From Chrysomallon squamiferum (lineage: Eukaryota; Animalia; Mollusca), in contig CM022679.1 in NCBI GenBank assembly GCA_012295275.1, positions 30,380,001 through 30,444,000 of the forward strand: a stretch of 64,000 bases of DNA. The letters are read 5' to 3'. This document shows, piece after piece, positions 51,931 to 64,000 of the stretch. Every line of letters starts with the position of its first letter. Position 1 is the first letter of the stretch. The position numbers and the translations under genes were made by a program. The notes beneath the pieces are model-generated. The model saw nothing but the letters and a program-made list of their open reading frames with translations, was not told where the DNA came from and ran no database searches.

Positions 51931-53819
51931 TAATTTGTAAAATTATTATTTTATATTATTATTAAATCCATTCTGATCCTCTCCCACCAATATTTTTTGG
52001 GGAATGAAGTTGTTGTAACCAAGATATATAATAACTGAACAAAAAACTAAAAGAAAAAGCAAGAAGCTGAATTATATCAAAAACTTGCTTTTTGGTTCCT
52101 TTCATGATGCTTATAGTTATTAACCCTAGTTGCTGTTCATGACTATACATATTCCCATTTAACCCTTTCACTGTGTACGAAGACTATTACCATTAACCCA
52201 TTGACAGGAAATGATATTACAGTTGTGTAATAAATTAACTATGGAATGAGACTTTTGAAAATTCAAGAACTATAACCACGTTGGGAGACTTGACTATAAG
52301 ACTTTCATTATAGAGACATTTACGAAAATTAAATTTTACTGAGCTCCATGATTACTTTTATTTTGAAAGACTGAAAAAAAAAAAAAAAAGGTAATTTTTG
52401 ATTATCAAAGACTAAGACTGAGAAGAAACTTGAAAATATATGGATGTTTTTCAAAATGTTCAACTATGTGTTGTTAACATTTTTACCTACAAAAATGACG
52501 ACAAAAATATTGTCTGTATGTACTTTGAGAAGATGTTGACATATTTCTTTTTCTTCTGATAATCAATTAATTATTGATTTTATTAAAATTAATGTCATGT
52601 TCAATATTGTACAAATTATATACAACAGTTTAAGCTTGTTATTTAGTTTTACAATTTTACTCTTAAATCAAACTGTTAATTTTTTATTTATTTTTTTTAT
52701 GTCGTCTTCTTTTCCATGTTAAAATGATTATTTAATATATTAATAGTGAATATTTTTGGGAGGAATATGAAAATAAGAATAATTTTGTATTCTTGTTTCA
52801 AATTAAGAATTTAAAAAAAAAATCTACATCAAACATTGCGCATATTCTATCATTCTTTTGAGAACCACTTTAAAATGAAGATTTTTTTTTTTGTTGTACA
52901 TACTAAAGATGCTTTGTCTTCTTTTTAAATTTGAATCTTGTTTATTCCAAAAATAAATGTGATATGATACCATCCAAATATTTGATGAATCCGCTATTTT
53001 AAAAGATTAATCCACTAATCCGCATCTTCAGTCGATTAATCCTAAAATGCTTAGTACATTATTGCACTAAATTGAATGGATATCATTTATCTTCTTTTTT
53101 TTTTTTTATTAAACATTTATGTAAATGATTCTTGTACCATTGTATTTATAGTTACCTTTGTAATTAACATAATTTAAAATAGACCAAAGAAGACTTTTGT
53201 GGCCCCATTAGTCTGCTTTGGTCTATTTTCCTTTCAATGAATGAATAATAATATAAATTAAATTTGTTGTATTTGAAATGTGTCGATTTTCTTCAAATTT
53301 TTTCTTCACTTTTTTTTTTTTTTTTTTTTGATAAATCAAATATTGTATTTAAAAATATTGCTTCAGTGTTGCTACTTTTGAAATAAGAAATAATTTAAAA
53401 AATGTAATTGTTTTGAGAAGTTTGGACAACATGGGTTATGGGTATGACAATTAGTTTTTAATGTCTGAAGCGTATAGTTTATGTACACTTAGTAGACTAG
53501 TGGAGTTCTAGCCAGAACCACTGTTTACCCTCATATAACCTGTCTAGTGCCTGCTATTCAACTCTAGATGTAGAATATTCAGATATTATGATCTCGGAAA
53601 AGACGGAGCAATGTACTGTGTGTTGATTTGTTTTTTTTTTCATTTTGTATCGAGATCTAGGAGGCATTGTACCGATTCAGAAAAATAGATATTGTGGTTT
53701 TTGTGACCTGTGCACACATAATAAATGCTTTAGTATACAATTAACATGGCTGTCTTGTTGTTTGTTTAGTTGTCAGTTTTTTTCGTCGTGTGTGTGTGTG
53801 TGGAGTTATCATGAACACA

Positions 53820-54450
53820 GGAACAGTATTTAACTGAGGGAGAATTATTTTAGAGGATGGAAAACAAGAGGACAATATCCAGCTATTAGGGGACTACACT
53901 GAACTTCATTAAATTTACATTAGAGTAGCATGGATTTATTAGAGAACACAATTATTTATGAGGATGCTGAAAGGAGACATGGCAATGTCCAGCTATTGGG
54001 AGACTTCCATGATCTTCACTGAATGTATTTACATGGGATTAGCATTTAAATGAGATTTTGTTTAACAGGAAGGGTAAAACCAGGAGGGCATTATCCAGCT
54101 ACTGGGGCAGTACTTTGAACTTCATGCAATAGGATTAAAGTACTTGTGGAATAATATTTAATTAAGACATTAATTAGCTTTGAGAAGGATAAAAACAGAA
54201 AAAGCAGGGTCAGGCTAATAAGGGAAATTCATGGAACAGGATTAATTTACATTGGAACAGTATTTAATTAAGTCTTTAATGACTTATGGGGGTGCTGAAA
54301 ACAGGCAATCAAAGCTGCTGGAAGACTACTATGAGCATCACAGGAACTGGAATAGTATAAATTTTAAATGTAATTAGTTGAGTAAAGGGTGAAAAGAGAA
54401 ATTAAGTGATATGTCCAGCAATTGGGATACTAACTACATATTACTGCATG
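53820..54450. repeat. Degenerate non-coding tandem repeat, ~110-bp unit, about 6 copies
   Basis: Recurrent ggat/gggt-(g)aaaac(a)...atrtccagctaytggg...gaacttcat core near 53856, 53962, 54072, 54187, 54294 and 54387. Confidence 0.7.
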
Positions 54451-55454
54451 GATATACACAAGTAGTATGAATATAATTAAGACAGTTATAAGGTGATAAA
54501 GAACTATCATGGCTATCAGTAGACAAATTTCAGTAAATAGTAATTAATCACAAGAACAGGTCAAATTAATTTGTTTTTGAAAATCCCAAGATATTAAACT
54601 AAATTATTACAATCATTATATCAAATTGGTTTGACAATGTGTAATGACATGAAAGTGAAAAACTGCCATCAGTGGTATAACAAGAACTCATATTTAAATT
54701 CTAGACACTAAATAAAATAATAGGCCAGCAACAAGTGGTTTTCAGGAATAAGTATTTAAAAAGAATTATCTTCATTACTGTAACTACCTTCTTCCATGAC
54801 AATAATAAAGATGGAGTTTGATGCTGCTTCAAGTGTTAAATCTATAATATTTAACAAGTAATCAGATCTGTACTTTGTGAAACCATATAATACAAAATAG
54901 TAATTCAGATGACATGAAAATAATAAAAAAATTACATTTAAAAAAATAAATAAAATAATTAAAATAATAAATGGAATTCTGGGAAACCTGCCATAGAAAG
55001 AACAGATGCTATTTATGCAGTTGGATTCTAAATCATGTGTGAAGTTTAAACTATAAACAGTATTAAGTTCACAGAATGGCAATACTTAAGAATAATATCC
55101 ACAATTTTCAAAATCTAAAACACAGTTTCCATTTGTTGTTAGTTTTGTAACATGGCTTACACGTTAAAGTACTGTAAAAACAATATTCTACATTTTAAAT
55201 AAAAACAACAAAAATTGTTTTCCTACAAATTATAGCTTTCGAAATTTAATCATTTGAACTTACACGAACCTGAAAGAGAAAATTAATACAAAGAAAGGAT
55301 ATTGGTCCCAAAATAAATAAATAAATAAATAAAATCACATCCGAAAATATTTTTTTAAAAAATAAAAAAAAAAAAAAAAAAAGAAGAAGAAGAAAAAAAA
55401 GATTTTTCTAAAACAGTTTCCTAAACATTTCATAAATGTGTAAAAGACTTTGTA

Positions 55455-55560
55455 AAACGATCGAACGCATTCAAGCAAACCGGAAGTAAAAGTAAACATT
55501 TAGGGGTGGTAAACACCGGTTTAGTTAAAAGTTATGTTATGATTTGTTACTTAAAGGTAA
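55455..55560 (+). promoter_or_regulatory. Candidate promoter and non-coding first exon of MPG copy 1
   Basis: Local CpG enrichment, ETS motif CCGGAAGT at 55480-55487, donor AAAG|gtaatc at 55556/55557, matching acceptor tttctag| at 56211 just before the ATG. Confidence 0.5.
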
Positions 55561-55691
55561 TCGATCGGTGACTTTTGACATGCCACTGTGTTACTCTGCG
55601 AATCAATATTTCTTGATAAGTAAGGGCGGCACCTACTTGTGACAATAATGTTTTGATCTATGAAGGTAACATCTTTTTTCTTCTTTTTTTT

Positions 55692-55695
<4 letters not shown>

Positions 55696-55762
<67 letters not shown>
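55696..55762. repeat. (CT)n microsatellite
   Basis: Directly visible. Confidence 0.95.
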
Positions 55763-55767
<5 letters not shown>

Positions 55768-56232
55768 AATGTACATGAAATTATGTTTCTGTCATATTTT
55801 ACTACATGGATAACGACGAATAAATCATGTCAAATGATTTTATAATCAAAATAATTACATTTGTTCTTGCAAAAGCATAGACAGAACTGATAGATTAGCA
55901 CTTTGTCACAGGCTCAGATGATCTGATTAGAAAAAAAATACAGAATCATTAAGGAATTGATGGACTGGGGAAAAAATCTCAATTCTGGAAACAAATATAA
56001 TATAGATATATATTATAATATTTAGCGATGTCACTAGTTCTACCTCTACTATAACTACTACTACCACTACTACTGCTAGTACTATTAGTACTACTACTAT
56101 TAATAATAATAATAATAATAATAATGAAGGGACTTTGTCTACCCAGCTTTTTTCCTCAAATGTATTTTAAAATTTATTATTATTTTCTTAATGACATCTT
56201 TTAATTTCTAGTGATTTTAAATAACTGTTGAT

Positions 56233-56579
56233 ATGGATGGTGGACGTCTAGATAGAGAATTCTTTGACAGAAATGGTGAATGTCTAAGCAGAGCTCTGAT
56301 AGGTCAAATTTTGGTTCGTTTGTCTGAAGGGAAACGATTGGCTGGTCGTATTGTGGAGACTGAAGCATACTTAGGACATGTAGATAAAGCAGCCCATTCT
56401 TTCAAAGGACAGACAAATCGCAATGCTGCAATGTTTATGCAACCTGGCACTGTTTATGTTTACAATATATATGGAATGTACTGTTGCATGAACATATCCA
56501 GCCAAGGTATATTTTTAAAAAATATTTGAAACAACAGATTTAATTATTAGCTCTCTCTCTATATATATATATATATATG

Positions 56580-56675
<96 letters not shown>

Positions 56676-57428
56676 GGCTGATTAGGATATACAAAATCTC
56701 AAGAAGGCTTGCCTAGAATGCAAAAGCTTTATTCACTGCAATTACAAAGGAATCTAACAATAGGAATCTAATATATGCAGAATATGTTTAAAAAAGAAAG
56801 AAAAGTAAAACAGCAACAAAAACATATTGTGTAACATGCATCTTACAAATGAAAGTCAAATTAGAGTGAAAATTGTTTTAGTGAAACTGTGTGTGTGTGT
56901 GTTATTAGTATGTGATTATATGATATAGTTAAAATAACTGATAAACCATTATAACCATTGTTTGACCTCTAGTTATGAAATCAGTTACTTTATTTATTGA
57001 AATGTTTACAATACAAATAAATAAAAAATTCTGTATATTTATTTACTTGAGGTGAGGGTTGTGCTGTTCTCCTTCGAGCTTTGGAACCCGTTGAAGGGAT
57101 AAAAGAAATGTCAAATTTCCGCTGGTCGAATCCAAAACCCGATTTCAAGGTCAAGGACTTGTGCAATGGTCCAGCAAAACTGTGTCAGTCACTGTCCATT
57201 TCAAAGGTGACATTTGACCAAAGGGATTTGGTTACCGATGACAACTTATGGGTGGAAAAAGGAGATGATTTCCCAGATTCTATGATAGTGCAGACAAAGA
57301 GGGTGAATGTGAAATATGCTAAGGAATGGTCGACAGAACCTCTGAGGTTTTATATCCTAGGCAACAAATTTGTGAGTGTGAGAGACAAAGAAGCAGAGAG
57401 ACTGTGTGAAGAGAAATGTTCACTTTAA
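56233..57428 (+). CDS. MPG: DNA-3-methyladenine glycosylase (AAG/MPG family), single domain, ~216 aa; join(56233..56506,57052..57428)
   Basis: Family motifs GRIVETEAYLG, AAHS, MFMQPGTVYVYNIYGMYCCMNISS, AVLLRALEP, LCNGPAKLCQSL, PLRFY; phase-1 intron with a GAG acceptor. Confidence 0.93.
56584..56670. repeat. (AG)n microsatellite in the MPG copy 1 intron
   Basis: Directly visible. Confidence 0.95.
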
Positions 57429-59059
57429 AACATTCCTCTGTAATCTATGATGTTTTAAATTCTCCAAATTTATTTGTTTTTGATGAGAAGTACAAAATGA
57501 ACACTTTTAAAGGGTGCTATGATAAGTGAAGTATATTTTGTGTATATAGCATTTTAGGGGTGATGATTTGTTTTTTGTTGAAGTGTCACCTATAATCAGA
57601 ATAACTTGAAATCAGAAATCATCAAACATTGATTTTTATGACAAATTAATTAATTAATTACACAAGTGTAATAAAGTAAATACATTATATATATTTACAA
57701 GTGTTGTATTTTATTTTTTCTCTAATTTTATTTATTTATGTATTCTGATTTTTTTAGTTTATTTATACATTTGTTTATTTATTTACTTACTTACTAACTT
57801 ATTTACATATTTTATTTTATTATGTTAAAGAATCACCATAATATTTGATACATTTTTTAAAAAACAAGTCATTAAACATTGATTCCATGACTAATTCATT
57901 AATTAATGTGTACCTTGTGCTAGTAATACATAAGATAAATATGTTTTGTTTTCTGACAAGTGTTAATTTATTTCTAATTAAAGCATACCTGAAGTGACAA
58001 TGTTTAAAAATGCTTAAATACATTTTGCATACTTCCAAATAATTGTTTTATATTTTTGTTAAAGTGCTACTATTAAGTACAGATTATTTTATATATTTGT
58101 ATAATTGTTTTTTAACAGAAAATAATAAAAATAAATAAAAAGTTTTATAATTTATTAATCAAGTTATTATTTATTTATACTGCAGACTTGACTTTACTAA
58201 TAATGAACTATGATCATAATATAAGGAAATTTGTAAATACCAACATGTTTTGGTTTAAGAAGAAACATTAAATAAAGTATTCATATATCAGTTGTGTTGG
58301 TTTTCTCTGGGCTTTTTTTTTTTTTGGGGGTATTTATTTATTTATTTATTTATTGTTGTTATTATTATTATTATTATGAAAAAACATAACATCAATATTT
58401 TGAGAAGAAAGAAAACGTGTGTATCTCCTATCAATAACACATCTTTTATGAATTTTTTTTTTTTTTTTTTTTAATTTTAAAAAATAAATGAAAATAATAC
58501 CCCCCCCCACCTTTATACGTTAATGAACAACAGGTACGCGATCAAAGGGCGCGTGCAAACAATGCAAAATTTAATGAAACTCAACACGTACATACACAAA
58601 TGCTGTTAAAACGAACAATTATTTTATTTTATTTTAATTATTTTAATTCAAAGATTAAAAAATAAAATAAATTTATTCAAAATATGATTGTTTCATGGAA
58701 ATAATTATAGCCCCAAAATGGGTCGTCCAGGGATCTTAAGCACTCGGACGTCATTGATTTGTACGTCGACTGTATGATATGAATTCAAGCATGTACCAAG
58801 GTCTTTGTTGTTGTGTGGTTGCCGTAATAGTAGTAGTGGTGGTAATAATAGTAGAACAATATTAATACTAACAATTAGTTTTGTTGATATCTCGTGTTTT
58901 TAATTACCAGTAATTTCTTACATAAATACTTATGATCGAATATTATTAGAAAATACTAGTACTACTATTACTACCGCCAGCACTACTACTACTACTACTA
59001 ATGTAAGTGCGTCTATCAACTTTTTATTTTTGGAGCAAGTTGCACTAATTTGGAGAGAG

Positions 59060-59170
59060 TTGTCTCCTCTTCGATAAGCACGCTATCGTACAAATCGTTT
59101 CTTGCTGTTTTGTTTTCATTTCTTTCATTGTGTATTTTGCGGAATCGTACCCGGAATTGCCATAGGTAAT
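59060..59170 (+). promoter_or_regulatory. Candidate promoter and non-coding first exon of MPG copy 2
   Basis: CpG-enriched 58.5-59.3 kb, CCGGAA core at 59151, donor TAG|gtaatt at 59165/59166, acceptor ttgcag| at 60038 before ATG 60063; same layout as copy 1. Confidence 0.4.
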
Positions 59171-59537
59171 TTATAGTTCCTCTTTGGTGTATGCTGTGTT
59201 TCAAAGTAACGTTTTTTAATTTTCAATAACTGCGTCAAAGTGTTCCACACAGACTGGGGCAAAAAAAATGGATGGGCAAAAATGCACATCAGAGACAGGT
59301 GGCGGATTTGCGCACAATAATATCCTTTTGACAACTATTTATTCAAAATAATTTAGTTTATTTTTGTATGTTTTATTATCGTACTAATACAGTTATTTTT
59401 GTGCTTTAGAAAACATTGACGATAGGAATATTTTACAGCCTTTTTGTAGTTGCACTGCTACTTTACACTTATGAGCCAAAAATATTCGACCCAAAATTAA
59501 TGTTGGTAAAAATTATGAATTATTTTAATTATTTTAA

Positions 59538-59585
<48 letters not shown>

Positions 59586-60062
59586 TTTAAAATCAGCTCT
59601 GTTTCTTTTTCATTTGTATGGAATGGCTTAAAGGTGAAAGGTTAAAATGGGGGCGTTCAGATATTAATTTTTATTGTTCCATTCTTTTATTACTGTTGCT
59701 AATAGTTATGGTAAATCACCCAAGTCAAGACTGTGACAGTAAAATAATACATTAAAAGAGTCAAAACTATAACCACAAATACACTTAAAAATGTGCAGAA
59801 CAAAAATGTCAAATATTATTCACTTACAACAACAACAACAACAACAACAATAATAATCAATTAATTAATATGTATTTTGTTTCTAAAAACCCCAAACTAT
59901 GAAAGTACATTCTTTTAAGTACTGAGCTTCATATTTCTTGTTCATAAACAATTACAGCTTCAAATCATCCTAAAATATATTTTACAGTCATGCAAGCATT
60001 TTATTCCATTCAAATTATAATTATTTTTTATTTTGCAGTTGTTGAAATAAACTATTCAAAAA

Positions 60063-62991
60063 ATGGCTGAAGGCCCCATACGCCTTACAAAGGAATTCTT
60101 TCAGAAAAGTGGTGAAGATCTAAGCAGAGCACTGATTGGTCAGATTTTAGTTCGACTGATAGATGGAAAACGACTGGCTGGTAGAATTGTTGAAACAGAA
60201 GCCTATCTGGGACGGGAAGACAAAGCTGCTCACTCGTACAAAGGCCAGACGCAGAAAAATACAGCAATGTTTATGGAACCAGGAACTATATATGTTTACA
60301 ATATATACGGCACATACTGCTGTATGAACATATCTAGTGAAGGTGAGCTGGGAACTTGACAGTTGTACAGATTATATATATCTGTCACTCTGTCTATATC
60401 TTACTCTGTTTGTGTGTTTATGTGTGAGTGTGTGTTTTTAAATTAAACATTTTTGTGGAAGCAAGTTTGGTGACTTAACATATTGTCAAAATATATAATT
60501 AAAATACTAATTCTTTAAAGAAAGAAAAAAGGATTTCATAACCTATTTTTTTTACTTTTTTTTTTTAGAGATATATTACTAAAACTTACCTGTGTATGTG
60601 TGTGTACACACAAACACACCTGTAAACACACCTGTAAACTGATGTATGTTTTTGTAGGTGAGGGGTGTGCAGTGCTGCTTCGAGCTCTGGAACCACTGGA
60701 AGGTGTGAACGACATGGCAGCATTACGCTGGTCTAATCCGCGACCTTCGTTCAAGATGGTGGACTTGTGCAACGGACCGTCCAAACTGTGTCAGTCACTT
60801 TCCATCTCAAAGGCAAACTTTGACCGGCTTGATCTGGTAACCAATGACAACCTGTGGTTGGAGAGAGGCGGCGAAGTGCCGGAATCCATGATAGTTCAGA
60901 CAAAGCGGGTGAACATAGACTATGCAGAAGACTGGTCGGCTAAACCTTTGAGATTCTATCTGCTTGGAAACGACTTTGTTAGTGTCAAAGACAAACAGGC
61001 AGAGAAGAAAATGGCTGGTGATGATGATTTTTCGGCAGGAGATATAGATGACGTGCCTTTGTCTTTGCTAAGATACGGTTCTTCAAATGCGAAGAACAAC
61101 AAACAGAATGCAAGTGAAACACTGGAAGAAACGACAAGTGGCGACGAAGTGAAGAGTAGTCCAGAAAAAGAAAGTGAAACACAGAAATCCACAGTTATGC
61201 CATCGAGGTCTTCGGAGAGCAGCAGAAAGCGAAGACAGGCAAGTCCAGAAGAAGCAGCCAGTGGCCGAAAGGTCACCAGGAGCAACACCAAGTCTCAGAG
61301 TGCTTTGAAATCCACTGCTTCAGCATCCCCACAGAAAGACAGCAGCACGTTAGTGTCCAAAGACGAGAACTCTGGGGTCACTCCTGCAAAAAGAGGCAGG
61401 GGTAGACCGAGAAAAAACACTGCAGCTGTTGCCATGAAGGAAAACAAAGCTGTGGACAATTCTGAAAAAACTTTGCCTTCAGCAGTTTCAAGCAATGCTA
61501 ACGATGATGATGATGATGATGATGAAGACAATGATGATGTTCACGAGGATTTAGCTGAAGCAGATGAAGAGAAAGCTGAGGAGAACCTTGAAAAGCAAAA
61601 AGAAGATGAAGATAAGTCGTCCTCTTCGCAGCCTCTGCGTGCGAAGCGAGCTGTTCGAGTGATCAGTGTTCCAAAGGGATACCCTCTGCCTCAGGCTTTC
61701 TTCATGTGTTCCAGTGTGATGGTCGCCAAGGGTCTTCTAGGCCAGCGACTCGTCCGAATTCTCGACGGAAGGAGGATTTCAGGAAAAATTGTTGAAACTG
61801 AAGCCTATCTGGGGGTCAAGGATAAAGGGTCAATAGCATACAGAGGCAAAACAGCTGAAAATGCAGCCATGTTCAAACCTCCTGGAGCATTCTATATTTC
61901 ATCCGTGTATGGATATTATTTCTGTTTTAGTATATGCACAGAAGGTTAGTATTTAATCGTTAGCTGGAACTAGGTTGACCTGTGTTAGAATTTATTCATT
62001 TTCCTTTCTTAAGCTTTTTTTAACATTAAGTTAAATGCACAAGACCCTGACAGTTATCAGTGAAGATTTGATGTATATGTTACGATAATATGTATATGTT
62101 AAAATAATATTGTAACGAACTATGGTAATAAAATATTCTGACTATCTGAAATATGTTTGCTAGTAAAAAAAAAATTCCTGCTGTTCATTGTTACATGTAT
62201 TTAATAGTCAGTATTCTGTCATATTTTCTTGCAAAGTTAAAATATAGCTGTGATGTGAAAAGAAATAATTTTAATACATTTTTATGTTTCCATAGCTGTA
62301 TATTTTTCATGTGTGTGTATATATGTATCAGTTTTTTAATTTATTTTTTAAATAAATGTTTACATTACTTAAAGATACACTAAAAATAATTCAAAATGGT
62401 TGTTTAATAGCTTGGAATTGTTTCAGATTCATTTAAACAGAGTCATTGTGAACTTATTAAGAATCTTTTAAGATGCAGTTATTAAATTAGTTATCATTAA
62501 GACTTAAAATTTAAATATACATATATAATATATATATATATATATATATTTTTTTTAATTTGCTGAGTTGTTTATTCAGTTATTCATTCAGATTGTTTTT
62601 TTTCCTCACAGATGATGGAGGTGTTGTGTTACTTCGATCACTCGAAGCAGACGAAGGTCGCGACCTCATGATGAAAAATCGATTCCGAAAATCGATTCGC
62701 GACACGGAAATCTGCAATGGACCGTCGAAGCTCTGTCAGGCCTTGAAAATCGACAAAGCGACATTTGGAAACCAAAACATTGCCACATCGAACAAACTTT
62801 TTATTGAGCGGGAGGACACTGTGAGCCCAAACAACATTATCTCCACCAAGCGGATCATAACAGAACTGGACCCAGAGGAGTGGGCCAATCAGAAACTGAG
62901 GTTCTACGTGTTTGGCAGCGACTGTGTTAGTTTGAGGGACCCAGAAGCCGAAGCACCTCTGAAAAATTCACAGTATGACCTTGACCAGTGA
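60063..62991 (+). CDS. MPG: Tandem two-domain MPG-family glycosylase with AT-hook linker, ~648 aa; join(60063..60342,60658..61944,62612..62991)
   Basis: Two complete sets of MPG motifs (IVETEAYLG, LLR, CNGPSKLCQ, LRFY) in one reading frame; both introns are phase-1 GT-AG at the equivalent position in each domain; total 1947 nt = 649 codons. Confidence 0.9.
61389..61415 (+). other. AT-hook motif KRGRGRPRK in the inter-domain linker
   Basis: Canonical RGRP core flanked by basic residues. Confidence 0.85.
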
Positions 62992-63693
62992 TGACGAAAA
63001 AAGAAACAGTCATGGAAGATGAGTAAATGTGTGGTTTATTTAACAGACACGAGGAAAGGTTTGCAGGCACAGTGCTCATTCATACATCAGCACTGCCACT
63101 AATCAGGAATAGCATGGTACAGTAGGTTTCCTCTCTGACATTATAATTAAAAAAAATAAAAATAAAAAAAACTGTTTTAAAAAAGGTATATTAATAATAC
63201 CTGACGACCATTAATTATGAAAGTATTGCAATGTCGTTGATCAAAATAAATTCGTTAATCATGAGTGTCCTAAATTCTGTTCGGGAAATTTTGTTTCTTG
63301 CAGTTCTTTTGCATATGACATTTTCAAAAAATTGAAGATTAAGTCGTTGGACATAGCATATTGTTTTCAGTTCATGTTATAATAAGTACAGCATTACCTA
63401 TCACGTGATTTGATATTATGTTGTGACTTTTTATTTTAACAATGTTTTTTAATATCTGATTCTATATGATTGTGTGTATGTGTGTGTGTGTGTGTGTGTA
63501 AAAATTCCAAAGAAATATCCTATCATTTGTAAATGTTTCTCCTTTTTTTTTCTCTTTTTAAACATTTAAAATAAAATTTATCAAAATATTAAGAAAAATA
63601 ACTGAAATATCTGGTAGCTGAGTATTAACATCCTAGATGCCATTTTTCTGTTCATGCTTTTTCCATGCTTTTTCTTCTTCTTTAATATTATTT

Positions 63694-63751
<58 letters not shown>

Positions 63752-64000
63752 TACTACTACTAGTAGTATTGCAAATGAGATAATTTTAATAATCTTCAAG
63801 TTTTGACAATGTCAGATTGGGTAACGTGACAGTTCATAAAATATTTTACATCACAAACTCATATTAACTACATCAACTAGTATTTTGCATAGGGTTTTTT
63901 CTGGTTTACATTATTATCAGTGTCAGAAATCAACCACAGTGACTGTTAATACTAGTATTTCATTTTGTACCATTTAGTGATTTTATATATATATAATATA

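Noticed and set aside
63030-63250. Possible SINE remnant downstream of MPG copy 2
   Set aside because: Only a vague recalled resemblance; no A/B boxes or target-site duplication can be shown.

Overview
AT-rich, intron-containing animal DNA, probably a lophotrochozoan such as a mollusc (inference); no prokaryotic features are present. Positions ~3.5-52 kb (+) hold the 3' part of one very large gene, best read as a giant neuronal ankyrin (Ank2/UNC-44 type). Its ANK/ZU5/death-domain exons would lie upstream, so the family call rests on C-terminal motifs only. I could chain 13 exons with compatible GT-AG phases, about 26.6 kb of CDS or ~8,870 aa. These include three giant exons (4.7, 12.2 and 7.6 kb), two large coding tandem arrays, several symmetric micro-exons carrying candidate PP1 or calcineurin docking motifs, and one exon with a +1 frame break at CAT-TAA-A. 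Positions ~55.5-63 kb (+) hold two tandem DNA-3-methyladenine glycosylase (MPG/AAG) genes. One is a normal single-domain copy. The other is an unusual ~648-aa protein with two MPG domains joined by a linker with an AT-hook and an acidic tract; its second domain keeps the catalytic Glu but has a remodelled base-binding pocket. Most other ORFs in the track are shadows of repetitive coding DNA or AT-rich noise.
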